64,000 bases of DNA, taken from assembly GCA_964106645.2 (NCBI GenBank), contig OZ067043.1; one strand, 5' to 3'. This document shows positions 35,583-48,833 of this stretch, one piece after another. This DNA comes from Podarcis pityusensis. Taxonomy: Eukaryota. The translations under genes were made by a program, and so were the position numbers. The notes under the pieces are model-generated. The model saw only the letters and a list, made by a program, of their open reading frames with translations, did no database searches and was not told the origin of the DNA. Positions within the stretch are counted from its first letter, which is position 1; each line of letters begins with the position of its first letter.

Positions 35583-36950
35583 CTTCCTTACTTAGAAGTA
35601 AGAGCACAGTGAGAGCAGCTTTCTGCCGGGGCCAGTGAGAGCCAGGCCTTTGCAAAGACTTGAGGAGAGGAGCTTCCCAGATGGAGTTGTAGAGGTTTGG
35701 CACCTCCCCTCCACCTTGGCTCTCATTCTTATCTGAGCAAGTATCTTTTTGAATTTACTATGAATACTGTCAGGTAGTCAGAGAATCTGAATGACATGTA
35801 GCCTTGGCCTTAGGGCTATATTTCTTGTGCTGGACCTCTTTCCAGTGTGCAATATCATGCCATATTTTGGCTTAGCTTTGGTGACTCACCCAGTCTACCA
35901 TTTTCAACCTCACCCCCCTGTTTTCCCATGTTACAAAGAACAGCCTGGCCTAAGTGGAGTTCTCATGCTTCTGTCACACATGCTTGTTCATAACAGGTAG
36001 GAATATAGGAAATTCCCTTTTGCCACATCATCTAGCCTGCTGTTGTCTACTGTGACTGGCAGAGGCTTTCCAAAAGACATCTTAGCTAGGGTTCCTTCAT
36101 ACCATCCTCCATCTGATCCTTTTTTTAACTGGAGAGGGCTAGAATTGAGCAAGAAACTTATTGCATGAAAAACATGTGCAAAGGGGTATTCTTCTTAGTC
36201 TGTACCTGAATCAGACTTTAATTCTCTGGTCTAGACTTCCATTATATCAGATCTATCTACATACAAGAGGAAAAGGGGCCTGTGAATCAAACGAGGATAT
36301 GATGTAAAGCAGGGATAGCCGACAGGTACCCTTGGGATGCTGTTGGACTTCAACTCCCATCAGCCCTAGCTAGCATGGCCAGTGGTCAGGGGTGGTGGGA
36401 GCTGTAGTCCAGCAATAAATGAAAGGCGCTGTGTTGGCTAGCCCTGGTGTGAGGTATGAAAAGCCTAGGCACCCGTTATCTTAGGGCTAGAGCACTGACC
36501 GTGCTGCTTCTCCTTCTGCCTTTGAGGCGGAGGCAGGACTTTCACATTTCTGGGAATGCTTTTCACTACACACTCAAAACAAAAGATATGTGCAATTACT
36601 AAAACACACCTAAGCTTGTTATTAGTCACGCAGAATAAATTGGATTTTAGGATTGTGCTACAAGAGGCGCCATCTTGTTAAAGGATACTCATGCAGTCGG
36701 GAGCCAAAATTAGCTAAAACAAAGACAGAAATTGTAGCAAAAGCATCTGCATGCAGGGGATGGATAGTGGTGGCGTTCTCTCATGGGGATTTCAGCCAGT
36801 CTCAGTCCTGGCAGTCATGCGGTTTCCTTAGCGGTATAGAATTTAATTCTTGTAGGCTGATAGCTGTAAGAGAAGCATGCTAAAGACCCCCAAGCCTTTT
36901 CCTTTGCCCTTTCCTTGTTCAACGTTAGCGCACTTTCCTCTTGATTTTAG

Positions 36951-37170
36951 TGTTCTCTCCCCCTGTGAAGAAAGACGAAGATCCCTTCCAGTCTGGCAAC
37001 TTGCCCGAGAATCTGGGCTACCATGTGGAAATGAAAGAAGGTGTGGTATACATCTATGCTGACAAAGCAGCTGCTGCCAGGGGTGAGCCCAAGGACCTGC
37101 CCTACCCTAACCTGGATGTCTTCATTGATGACATGAACTTCCTGCTGGCCCTTATAGCTCAGGGACCTGT
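36951..37170 (+). CDS. AMPD1: AMPD1 exon 6 (VFSPPVKKDEDPF...FLLALIAQGPV)
   Basis: 220 nt, canonical splice sites. Confidence 0.96.
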
Positions 37171-37615
37171 GTAAGTGTCTTAGAGGTATGGCCCCTTCGC
37201 GCATAAGCAGGGCCAGCCCAAGAGATTATTGAAGCCTCAGGCAGAAAATCCAAAGGGCGCCCAGCCTGCAATGAAAAATGTAACAGTGAGCTAACAACCA
37301 ATGTGCTTCCTTTTATTGATGCCCAGGGTTTGCTGCCTAAGGTGGCTGCTGCTGACCTGGGTTTGCCCTGAATAGGAAAAGGGCAAAAGTCTAGCCACCC
37401 CAAGGCAGCACACATATATCCCTGTTGCAAGGACTTCTGCTGTCTCGGGTCACTTGCTCTGGAATGTGACCTTTATTAAGCTGTCGTGTGACAGCAGCAG
37501 GGTTACTGCTGGCTGGCAAATGTTGGTTGCGTTGGCAAGCTGGTGAACCTGGGCTTGGTCTCTTATTCTGCGAGTGGCTTATTTGAGATGATGCTCTTTC
37601 CTTTGACTGTTGCAG

Positions 37616-37745
37616 CAAAACCTACACACACCGACGCCTTCGGTTCCTCTCCTCCAAGTTCAGTGTGCATGAGATGCTGAATGAGATGGAAGAGCTGAAG
37701 GAGCTGAAGAACAACCCGCATCGGGACTTCTATAATTGCCGTAAG
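37616..37745 (+). CDS. AMPD1: AMPD1 exon 7 ([43 protein letters not shown])
   Basis: Manual translation; PHRDFYN motif. Confidence 0.96.
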
Positions 37746-37972
37746 GTGAGGGATCTGTCCAAGGTGTTGCCTCCTCAAGCAGGAGTGGCTGATCTTTGTC
37801 ACCCTCTGGGGCTGCAGATCAAAGTGGGTGTGGCCAAAGTGTAGGTGTGGGTGTGGCCAATATTTTTAAAGGGCAAATTTTGCTGGAACATAAAAATTAC
37901 AGCAAAGGATATTTATTTTATTATGTGAACTGCCCTGAGACCTCTGGGTATAGGGCGGTATATAAATTCATT

Positions 37973-38020
37973 TAATAATAATAATAAGAAGAAGAAGAAG
38001 AAGAAGAAGCAGCAGCAGCA
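37973..38020. repeat. Compound microsatellite (AAT)n(AAG)n(CAG)n at a LINE-tail end
   Basis: Seen directly. Confidence 0.9.
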
Positions 38021-38581
38021 AAAATGGTCAGTATCTTTTTTTAATTTAAATTTTTTTTTTTTAATGTTTATTCATAATGGATGGATTTGGGGGTTTGGGG
38101 GATTAACAAAACCTTTTGGACCCAGTGCTGCCAGAGGAGAAGTAGTCAGTAAACATATTTTTAAATATTATTATTTTAATTTACAAGATTTGGGGGGGCC
38201 TTGGATGGCCACAAAAACCCCACACACATGTGGCACCATAATATTACCATAATATCACATTCTGGCCTCCCCCTGAAAAATCAGTGGGAGTGCATTAAGA
38301 GCTACAAAAAAAGTCTGGTGTCACAGTAGAAGGCCAATAGGGGCAGTAAATAAAATAAAATAAAATACAGCATTTAACTATTATTTTTTTAAGGCAAATG
38401 GGAAAGGGTTGTGGGGGATGAATGAGACCTGCAAGTTGTGGGTTAGGTACCCTGGCCTTAAGGTACAATGATGTACCTCATCAGTGCCTCCTCCAATATC
38501 ATTGCTGTGGTGGGTTCTGTGGGAGGGAGGCATCTGCAGTCACCATCACCTCCTCGGCTGACTTTTCTCTTCTCTTAACAG

Positions 38582-38776
38582 ATCGACACGCACATCCATG
38601 CTGCAGCTTGCATGAACCAGAAGCACTTGCTGCGATTCATTAAGAAGTCTTACCGGGAAAATTCTGAAAGGGTTGTGTACAAATCCAAGGACAAGACCTT
38701 GACGCTCAAGCAGCTTTTTGAGCAGCTCAACCTTCACCCTTATGACCTGACTGTGGACTCCCTTGACGTCCACGCA
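38582..38776 (+). CDS. AMPD1: AMPD1 exon 8 ([23 protein letters not shown]...LDVHA), Zn-binding HxH
   Basis: 195 nt, DTHIH motif. Confidence 0.97.
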
Positions 38777-38964
38777 GTGAGTCCTGCTTTTCCTTTCCAG
38801 TACAGGAGATCTCCCACCCTTCCCCATGGTCTCTGTCATATGACTGGCTGTGGCTAATTACTCCCCCCCCCCCAGCTGTTGCTGCCCCGCCATCTCTACC
38901 TCCTACAAGTATTCTTTGCTCTGTGCGTCTAGCCAATGACTCCTCCTCCTCCTCCATGTCACAG

Positions 38965-39096
38965 GGCCGGCAGACCTTCCAGCGCTTTGACAAGTTCAAC
39001 GCCAAGTATAACCCGGTGGGTGCCAGTGAGCTGCGTGATCTCTACCTCAAGTCTGAAAATGCCATCAATGGTGAATACTTTGCCACCATCATCAAG
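38965..39096 (+). CDS. AMPD1: AMPD1 exon 9 ([19 protein letters not shown]...ATIIK)
   Basis: 132 nt, RFDKFN motif. Confidence 0.97.
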
Positions 39097-39205
39097 GTTA
39101 GAGACTATGGTATGCAAGGGTTTGTGTCTGTGCGGCTGGTAGACTGAGGATAAGGCCAGTTCCTGGAAGCAGATCAGGTAATCCCTTTCCCTTTTTATTT
39201 CGCAG

Positions 39206-39369
39206 GAGGTTGGCTCTGACCTGGAGGATGCCAAGTACCAGTACGCAGAGCCACGGCTCTCCATCTATGGGCGTTCACCGGAAGAGTGGCCAAAATTAGC
39301 CAGCTGGTTCAACGCACACCGTGTTTATTCACCCAATATGAAGTGGATGATCCAAGTGCCCAGAATCTA
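39206..39369 (+). CDS. AMPD1: AMPD1 exon 10 ([24 protein letters not shown]...WMIQVPRI)
   Basis: 164 nt, RLSIYG and QVPR motifs. Confidence 0.97.
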
Positions 39370-40031
39370 GTAAGTACTGGTGGGGGCAAAGTTTGATAAG
39401 GTCAGAAGTGCCAAATTCCATGTATAGATCTGATCAACCCAGATTCCTTCCCTTTCACTAATTATGGGCCCCTCCATGCAGCCTACCCCTTCAGTACTTC
39501 CCCTCTCTCCCCTATCTCCTGGCCTGAAAGTGAAGGTTTCTCTTCCTTTCCATGCCTGTTTCCTAGTGTGTTGTGCCTATGGTCTTGGGCAGGTGCAGTG
39601 GAGTGGGAGAATATTGGATCCTTCAAGGGGACTGGACTCAGGGGAAGCCATCTACAAGGATTCTGGCTCAAGTCTGCAGACTTATGACCACTAGCCTCAG
39701 GTTCAGTAGCAGGAGCCTGGCTCAGTTCCTTACCTGGTAGTATCATAGCCCTGAGTTTGGCTGGCTCTTCTTCCTCTGACTCTGATTAAGTTCAAGGCCA
39801 GGGCCATGACACTATCTGGATTTTCTTTGGTTTCCTTTGTGTTCTGTGGGGCAAAGCAAAATGAGCAGGAAGCTGAGACACAGCTGGGACAAAGTATGTG
39901 CTTCAGGACTGAGTTCACTTGCTTCATCTCAGTTGCTTCTGCCATTTGCAGCCCGGTTACATTTTCCTTTCTCTCAAACATCCCATGTAAGTGATATGGA
40001 AACGAGCAAAAGTGTTTCTGTCTCCTCTCAG

Positions 40032-40158
40032 TGATGTGTTCAGGTCAAAGAACTTTTTGCCACACTTTGGGAAGATGCTGGAGAACATTTTTGTGCCAAT
40101 ATTTCAGGCGACAATCAACCCACAGGACAACAAGGAGCTGAGTGTGTTTCTGCGCCAT
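40032..40158 (+). CDS. AMPD1: AMPD1 exon 11 ([20 protein letters not shown]...FLRH)
   Basis: 127 nt, phase consistent. Confidence 0.96.
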
Positions 40159-40562
40159 GTGAGTACTGTTGCCCAGAGGCACCTTGGGCCTAATCCTAGG
40201 TAGTGACAGGCTTTGCTCTTTGAAAGTAGGTGACAGAGAGAGTGGCCAATACAGCACCAGAAACCCGAGGGTGTATCTAAGTCAGCATATTGTCAACCAG
40301 ATCTGGCCAAGGGTCCACCTCACTGAAGGTGATGCCTGGTAGATACTACATAAGAAATGACAACACCTAACCACTACTGGATTCCAGTCTTCCAGCTTCA
40401 ACAAGGTAGCACCTTGGACAGAGGTGGCCACTCTGTCCCCCTGCAGCAGAGGGTGACTGTTGGGTGATGGGAATTAGAGGTTATCGGCTTCATGTTATTT
40501 GGTGAAGGTGGACTTGCTTTTGGAGTTGGTCCCTTCCTCAGAACCAATTGTACGATTTGCAG

Positions 40563-40726
40563 ATTACTGGTTTTGACAGTGTGGATGATGAGTCCAAGCA
40601 CAGTGGACACATGTTCAGCACCAAGAGCCCCAAGCCGGAGGAGTGGTCCCATGAGAAGAACCCCTCCTATACATACTATGTGTACTACATGTATGCCAAC
40701 ATCATGGTCCTCAATCATCTCCGACG
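40563..40726 (+). CDS. AMPD1: AMPD1 exon 12 ([12 protein letters not shown]...[14 protein letters not shown])
   Basis: 164 nt, [10 protein letters not shown] motif. Confidence 0.97.
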
Positions 40727-40804
40727 GTGAGTCCCAGCCTGGGCAGAAGGATTATTGCCAGGTGAAAGGCTTCGATTACAAATAACCTGCACCAACATTT
40801 AGTA

Positions 40805-40929
40805 CAGTGTTTCTCAAACTTGAGTCCCCAGCTGTTGTTGGACTACAGCTCCCTTCATCCTTAACTACTGGTCCTGCTAGTCAGGGATGATGGGTATTAT
40901 AGTACAACAACAAGTTTGAGGAAACACTG
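40805..40929. mobile_element. hAT(Charlie)-type MITE
   Basis: TIRs CAGTGTTTCTCAAACTT and AAGTTTGAGGAAACACTG; degenerate 8-bp TSD atttagta/ctttagca. Confidence 0.75.
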
Positions 40930-41935
40930 CTTTAGCAGGAGTAACACTGCTGGTTCTGATAAGACCACCCACTAACCCTGACTAAAGCATATTGCATTTC
41001 AAGAGCTTGACGGCATCAATCCTTCGCCTTCATTGATCCAAAGCCCTAAGAGGCACAGTTCCAGGTTCTGCTAGATTTAAATGCTTGGATTCTAACCTGC
41101 CTTCTGTAAATGCAACAGAATTCACATCTGCATAAAAGAGGTTTGCCGCCTCTTCTCTCCCTCTGCAGCCTCCTGCATTTCCCCAAAATCTGCTCCTGGG
41201 GATTGGGGGGCCCTTAGGAATGGTGCAGTAGGGAGCTCAAGATGAAAGGGGGAATTGGTGAAAGCCACTCCTTTACGTGAACTGAGGACTAAGTAAGGAT
41301 CCAATCTAGTGTTGGCAAAAGTAATGACTTCATATAATAAGACCAGGACTGCTGAAATAATCTCTCAGATATTTATATATTTTTTCCTTTGCTAGTTTGA
41401 GAATGGGTTTTAAACACCATAATAATATTGTCTAAGCCTTCTATTAAAAGAGCTAATGAGACTCTGGGGCCTAACTAAATATTATCTGCAGACAACTGCA
41501 ATGAAACAAGACAGGTGCTTTTATAAAGAAGAGAAAAATGCTTTAAGAAAGATCAATTTAATACAGAGAGGCAGTGAAGGATTGCTTAATCCTTTCTGTG
41601 CTTGCAGCTTCTCTCAACCAAACTGCACCCCCAATTTATCCCCCCGCCCTGCATGAGTTTCAAACTTTGTGGGCAGAAAAGCAACTGGATTTGTGTGGCT
41701 GTGGAGCAGAGAAGTTACAGTACACTCATCTGCATGTTAACATGGATTTTTATCATTCACCAATGCAAAGCACAAAAGTGAAGTCCCTGCTGCTTGCTAA
41801 TACCAGCATTACACCAGCATGTTTGGTCCCTTCAAGTAGGAAGCTGTCTGGGGCCATCTGATGGTTGCTTCCTAAATATTGCTAGATGTGTCCAGTAATC
41901 TGGGTTTTGCATAAAGGCTGCCTTGCCACCCTCAG

Positions 41936-42056
41936 GGAACGCGGAATGAACACTTTTCTGTTTCGTCCTCACTGTGGAGAAGCTGGTGCTATCACCCATC
42001 TGCTGGCTGCCTTCATGACTGCAGATAATATTTCCCATGGCCTGAACCTCAAGAAG
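41936..42056 (+). CDS. AMPD1: AMPD1 exon 13 ([17 protein letters not shown]...ISHGLNLKK)
   Basis: Catalytic PHCGEAG motif. Confidence 0.97.
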
Positions 42057-42477
42057 GTGAGTTGCAAGGGCTGTGGAGATCCCCAGGTGTCCTTTCATGC
42101 TCATGTTACACCAGCGGAGTTATCACTGATCCATCCAGCTCATTCTTGGAGCATCCCTTTTCAAGGGAGCCTTGTGACCTGTCAGAACTTGATGGGACTC
42201 CTCCATGAGCTGCTGATGTCTCCTAAGTGTTAAGATCCTGCCAAGGATGTTTGGTGGGCCCATAACTGGGAAAGCCAGGATTTTGTACTTGGCACGTGGT
42301 GCTGAGAAGTAACTAAGGAACAGTGCGAGCAATTCTGCACTGCATCTAGAACACAGAGACAAAATGACTCCCATTTAGAAAGAACCTGGAAGCCCATTCT
42401 CATGATGTTTGCCGGGAGGGAATAGAGGTCCTGCTGCCTGCCTTGACTTGATCTATCCTTGCCATGTCTCTTTGCAG

Positions 42478-42651
42478 AGTCCTGTGCTGCAGTATCTGTA
42501 CTACCTGGCCCAGATCCCCATTGCCATGTCCCCACTCAGCAACAACAGCCTCTTCTTAGAATATGCCAAGAACCCACTTCTTGATTTCCACCAGAAGGGC
42601 TTAATGGTGTCTCTATCCACTGATGACCCTATGCAGTTCCACTACACCAAG
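42478..42651 (+). CDS. AMPD1: AMPD1 exon 14 ([23 protein letters not shown]...[14 protein letters not shown])
   Basis: SLSTDDP AMP/adenosine deaminase signature. Confidence 0.98.
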
Positions 42652-42790
42652 GTAGGCAGCTGGATCCTTTCCTAGGATTGCTGTTTGCTTTCAGAAGTGT
42701 GAGGGCAGCTAGCGTTCAGGGGGATACATTGCAGCTTCTGCGATAACCTTTGCAATGGCCACACTTTGTATTTCACTTTTTATTCCCCAG

Positions 42791-42901
42791 GAGCCTCTCA
42801 TGGAAGAATATGCCATTGCTGCCCAGGTCTTCAAGCTCAGCACCTGTGACATGTGTGAGATTGCGCGCTACAGTGTTCTGCAATCTGGCTTGTCTCATGA
42901 G
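42791..42901 (+). CDS. AMPD1: AMPD1 exon 15 ([37 protein letters not shown])
   Basis: 111 nt, canonical splice sites. Confidence 0.96.
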
Positions 42902-43663
42902 GTATGGTGTTCAATGGAAATCTCAAAGGGGTATAGAGTGCTCCCTGATATGGGTGATTTAGCAGCACCAAATCACTGCTGTTCTGCTTTAAGCTCCAAG
43001 TGGAATAACAATTCTGGTTCTAGACTTCTAACAATCTGTAGCCAAATGATCAGTACCCCTTTCCTCAGCTGCCATTTTGGGAAGGGAGGTTCATTTGGAA
43101 TTTTTTTTTTGGGGGGGGGATAGTGCTAAATACTGCCTACTTACTGCATTCATTATTATGGTTCCTCACTGCAGTGGTCTCCCCACTGCAATCTAGGGGG
43201 TGGGGAAAAGGAAAAAGAAAGAAAGACCATGCTATTTGGAAAAGGAAGCGTTGAAGTAATATAGCCAACTCCTAGAGATGGAAATGGCTAGTTCGAATTC
43301 TGTAAAATATCTAGGCCATCTACACCAGGGAAGACTGTGGAGATTTTTCCACTGAATTTTCTGACTCTGGGGAGAGGAAAAAAGTGAAACAGTGGAACAT
43401 GACAGATTGATGTTTTATCTTACAGATGCTTTGTCAAAACTGAGTGAACTAAGTGTGGCTATTCCACAGTATGTACCCTGTGGCTGTGTGGAAGTAGATC
43501 ACCGCCTCAGGGCTTAGTGGCTAGGAATATAACAAGGGCTGAGCAAACAAAAGAGGGTACAAGAAAGCAATGGAAGCAATAGGGTTTTCTTTTTATGGAA
43601 AAGGTGATGGGAATGGCAGTCTGAGTGAGGGGGTGGCTCTCATTTACTGTATCATTTCCACAG

Positions 43664-43822
43664 GAAAAGCTCCATATTCTGGGAAAGAATTACCAAGAAG
43701 AGGGGCCTCAGGGCAATGACATCCGCAAGACCAACGTGGCTCAGATCCGCATGGCCTACCGCTATGAGACATGGTGCTATGAGCTCGATCTTATAGCCGA
43801 AGGGCTGAAAAGTACTGAATAG
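43664..43822 (+). CDS. AMPD1: AMPD1 exon 16 ([10 protein letters not shown]...IAEGLKSTE*)
   Basis: AMPD1-type C-terminus; summed CDS is 2241 nt = 746 aa plus stop. Confidence 0.97.
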   Translation, partial: EKLHILGKNYQEEGPQGNDIRKTNVAQIRMAYRYETWCYELDLIAEGLKSTE

Positions 43823-45520
43823 AACCATATAGCATGCTTGAGTAATGAAATCAGCAGTGCCATTCAACGCCAGGCAACTGTAGAGGTTGGAGAGTGAGGG
43901 ATTATTGGCTCCAACACTGTTGTTTCAGATTACATACAGTCTAAAAGAAATTATGTGCAGTGTGTTTACTAAACTCTTTGTGCTCCTTCATTCTGCGAGC
44001 AAGGTGCAGTTTGCCCTGCATCCTGGGTATCTCTTGCCATGAATACCACAAAGATATTTATGTGAAAAGGAATCCAGGAGCCCCTGTTTCCTGGTGTGAA
44101 CTGTTGTCTTTTATTTCAGTGCTTTCTTAAAAGAAAAGGTGGAACATAGGGTTAAAGTGATCCACACAGCCCCTTGACAAGGACGGAGGCAGGCAGCACT
44201 GCAGGCACATTAAACACGTCATTGTCTCACTGCCACAAACCATTTAAAGGGCAAAAGGAGGCCATGTCCACAAAGAAAATGACTGGATTTTGTAGTGCAG
44301 CAGGCACACTCTGGTCTGTATGAGGGACCCCCCAGAGGCTTAATAAGGGCCTTAACTTTGATGCCTCTGATGAGGTAAAAATCCGCTGGTGTTGACCCAT
44401 GCAATAGCACAGACTGTCTCATACTCCAGCTGGACTACAGAGCACCCCGTACTTTGTATAGGACAGCAGATACGCTTACATGTTCCACCAACCTCTGTCT
44501 CCCTTCCTGGGGCAGAATGCTTATTAAATAATTTCAGGATGATCAGCTGATCCCTGCAGATCACCTGCGTGGATGGGGGTTATCCATTCTCAGCAGATAG
44601 GTGACTGAGTAGAGATTTGCATCCCTGTTGTGTTACCGAGCTGGGAAGAAAGGTTTAAAGTTCTTAGCCCGGCCCAGCACCCTGATGAGGATGCTAATCT
44701 TTTCCTCCCTGCTCATCAGATTAGTTATCTGGTGTGTGATTTGTAGCTCATCTCTGCCATGGAGAGGCACACTGCATTTTTTTCTACTCTTGTAGCAGAG
44801 GCTTAAGCAGGTCAGTTTCTGTTTCACTCAACCCCAACAGATTTTCCCTTTCCCCTCCCGGCTGACACTCAACATTATTGGCTTCTGGACAGAGGCAGCC
44901 CACCCACAAGGCAGGGTGAAGCATGTGCCTCAGGCAGTGTAAGTGTAAGAGGTGGTGTTCTGCCTGCCTCACTGCTTCCGCTGCTATGAGGGGGGCATTA
45001 CAGTGTGCCATCGGGGAGAAGCTGAGTGGCAAGGCTTGAGGAGTGCCCCGACTCCCATCAGGTTCGGTGGGAGCCAGGGCATGGTGGTAGCAGACATCAG
45101 GGTGAGGACACAGTGGGAAGAAGAACAATTCCTGTTTCAGCTCATGAGCCGAAATGGGGTGGGCCGCCCCAGCCTCTGAGCAGCCTCTGTCCTCACCAAC
45201 TATCTTGTTTTTTGTTTTTAAATGTTTTGCACTTTTCATTATCCTCATCTGTTTATTTAGTTGTATGCCACTTCCCCATAAGATTGCGCTCAGAGTGCCT
45301 CACAACATCAAATGTACAGTATAACAATTCAAAACATTAGAAACAATTATAATCATAATATTGATAAGTACAGAAAAGTAATCCATACAACGTCGTGTAA
45401 AACAATACAAATAATCTATAACCTAATTCAGCAGTTTAAACTAAGCAGCGTTGCATAGAACAGGACAAATTCATTCAACTGAAACTAAACAGAAGAGAAA
45501 ATGACAACAGTACAAAAATA

Positions 45521-45742
45521 GCATGGCATAGTGGTTAGAGTGTCCGACTAGGATCTGGGAGAGCAGGGTTCGAATCCCAACTCAGGCATGAAGCTTGCTG
45601 GGTGACCTTGGGCCAGACACTGCCTCTGAGCCTAACCTACCTCATAGGGTTGTTGTGAGGCTTGAATGAGGACGGGAAGAACCATGTACACTACCTTGAG
45701 CTTCATAGAGGAAAAGGTGAGAGATAAATGCAAATAATAATA
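45521..45742 (+). mobile_element. MIR/Ther1-derived (Squam3-like) CORE SINE; a more degraded copy lies at about 46449-46610
   Basis: tagtggttagag A-box, ggttcgaatccc B-box, gtgaccttgggc CORE, cctacctcatagggttgttgtgagg. Confidence 0.8.
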
Positions 45743-45870
45743 ACATATTTCTGTTTTGTACTTCTGCACACCCGAGCATGCTGTTTCACAGGGTCTCCAT
45801 TTTGGCTGCTGTCCTCTTGGCACTCAACCACCTGAGCTCAGTATTAGTAGGGAACATACGAAGTACTGTA

Positions 45871-46096
45871 CAGTGGTACCTCGGGTTACATACGCTTCAG
45901 GTTACAGACTCCGCTAACCCAGAAATATTACCTCAGGTTAAGAACTTTGCTTCGGGATGAGAACAGAAATTCTGCTCTAGCGGCGCGGCGGCAGCAGGAG
46001 GCCCCATTAGCTAAAGTGGTGTTTCAGGTTAAGAACAGTTTCAGGTTAAGAACAGACCTCCGGAACGAATTAAGTACTTAACCCGAGGTACCACTG
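45871..46096. mobile_element. Tc1/mariner(Tigger)-type MITE
   Basis: Perfect TIR CAGTGGTACCTCGGGTTA with TA flanks. Confidence 0.92.
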
Positions 46097-48191
46097 TATT
46101 ACATTTTCCCAGGTATCAAGCAGTCTGTAACCTTGAGTGGAAATGTGTAACAAAGTGCTTTTTTGAACTGGTAAAACTAATTGTGAATGTGCAGAAAAGC
46201 CCATGGTATGTTTCAGCTGTGATCAGATTGTAAAATCATTTCTGACAGCTGCTCTCGTCTCTCTGAACTGTCATCACCACACAAAGTACCTGTTGCTCCA
46301 GATTCCTTTGTCTATATTCAGAGTTCTCATAATAGAAAGTTGCTCTCATAATATAAAAGTTGAAGGAAAATGGGAGGGAAACTTGAAACATCAGTTATAT
46401 AATTTATAGTCATCTTAGGTTTCTGAATTGACGTGGGAAATAGGTGAGGACCAGTGTGGTGGTATGATTCAAGTGTCTGCCTGGAATCTGGGAGACCAGG
46501 GTTCAAATCCCTGCTCAGCTACAAAGCTCCCTGAGTGACCTTGAACCAGTCACTGCCTTTCAGCCTAGCCTACCTTACAGGTTATTGTGCGGATAAAATG
46601 GGGAGGGAAAAATTCAGAAAACACAAACAGGATGTGAGGCAAAATGGCAGTGAAATCCTTGGAGTACACATAGAGTTAGCACAGATTCTGCCTCTTTCAT
46701 TTCATGGCTATGTTGCTTTGCAGTTTCGAATTTTCTCTATACCTGGGTGTGCATACATTTGTGTCTGCACACACATATATTCATCATGCCACTGATCTAA
46801 TCCATGAAAGATTTTGTTGCTGTTGCAGCTGTCAGCTACCTTACTGGCTGATATTTCATAGTTACACATTGCCACCTGCTGACTGCTGCTGCAGTAACTC
46901 ACACAGAAGACTTGAATTCACTTCTTTGCTCAGAAGGTTGGATGGTACTGAGGGCTCAAAAGAGGCCAAAATTAACACCAATGTCTCAACAAATGAAACT
47001 GATCTGTAGAAAATGTAACTTGAAAAAAGAGACATTGCACATACTTTTGTAAACCAGGAAATCTTTAATAAAAATACATTTTTTAAAAGGGGGGGCCAAA
47101 ATTCAAGACTATTCCATATATTGTGGGTGATTAGTGCCAATGAGTGGCAAAACAGGAAGACCTCTGAAATTTGAAAGCTTGAAAAGATAAGTGTCCTACC
47201 TTCTGGCCAGCAATGTTTAGCTTTTGTTTTTGAAGCATGGTCATAATAAGCCGCCCTGTATAATTAAACAAAATCCTGTTTGGGCCTCCCAAACCAAAGC
47301 CAAACAATTCTACTACTAAGGAGATCAAAGGCAGAGGCTTCAAAATAGTCCCCTGGTGGCCCTACAAGTTCTTGAAGACAGCAGAGATCCACAACTAGGG
47401 ACCCACAAATGCAGCTCCCCAGATATGCAATATGACATACTAAGGACTTGACTCCCCCTTCATTTTTGTACAAAAAGCGCTGCTTTACGTTCTATTGGGA
47501 GTTGGAACCCTGGGACCCAGAGTGGCACCAAAACTAGGAGGTTGCAGTACTGGCACTAGTCAAGTTGACTGTAATTTGTTTTAATTGATTTTAGTGTTGT
47601 ATTTTGAAATGGTGGTGACTCACGCTGGGTCCTTATGGTGAAGGGCAGGTGAGAAATCAAACAAATCACCACCACCACAGCCACTTCAAGTCTCAGTCAC
47701 ACATCTAATTCACACTTCACTGTTTGGATAGTGACAAATTAGCAGGCCACCTCCCAGCTTAATGAAAAGAAACCAAAACTGCTCTAGAAATCACATCTGC
47801 ACTTAGGCTGTAGAAGCAAGAAGTCCGAAACCACAGAATATCTCATAGTTTATTTTGGGTTGGTCCCCCCCCCCCATAGGTGAAAATCTAATTTGCCTGA
47901 TAAAAGAGGAGTCTGACGACATATGCTGCTGCCTAAGAAAACTCATGCCACACAAACAAGCAACACCCCCAAATAGTTTCTAAAGTGTAACCCACTTTTC
48001 TTCCTCAAATTTAGTCAGGTCAGGAAGGGTAATAGACCTCTCCTGGTGCTGGAGTGGCCTCAGCAGGCCAGCCTTTGTGAGTCATGCTTTTGCAAAACAA
48101 TATTTGAGACTAGCCCATGGCTCCAGAGAACCCTGCTAGCTAGTCATGTGTTTTGCATTAGACAGTGACATCTCACACCATTGCTCTAAAC

Positions 48192-48793
48192 CAATGGTTC
48201 CCAATTAGCTAATTACTGAGGACACCCTATTTTTCAAAAGCCAAGCCACAGACTCCCTACTTTTGAAAATTTAGATAACTCTATGGTAAGTTACCTGTGC
48301 AAAGCATTTTTTTGAAGAAAATGTGAGGTAGCCCCTAATAAGCAAAGGATTTTAGTATACTCTAAAAAACAGGCCATAAAATTTGTGATATTATCACAAA
48401 TTGCCTATCCCCAGACAGTAGGAAAAACTTGTCTCCATTGCTCCACTACAACTGAATAAAAGAAAAGCAATTGTGTCCCTAACTTGCAAGTGTTCTGTAT
48501 GCAGAAGGCTTTTTATATGAGAGTATCATAATAACAATAATTTATCATTTATACCCCGCCCATTTGGCTGGGTTTCCCCAGCCACTCTGGGGATTTCAAT
48601 AGCATTCAAACATGCTATTCCTTACTTGTAATATGAGATGCAAAACTTTGCAGCATATGATTCTGCTAACTAAGGCATCTTGCACCTTCAAGACATAGGT
48701 GAAGGCTTGGTCAGGGCTTGATAAAGTATTGGTGAAGACTGAGTAGAAAACAGCTGGAATTTTGTAATGTTGGTAATAGTAGTAGTAGGAGAA

Positions 48794-48833
<40 letters not shown>

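Noticed and set aside
39046-39066. AMPD1 LKSENAI versus mammalian LKTDNYI
   Set aside because: Mostly conservative changes in a segment I cannot show is invariant among non-mammalian AMPD1
44784-45248. 154-aa minus-strand ORF downstream of AMPD1
   Set aside because: No recognisable family or exon structure; consistent with chance
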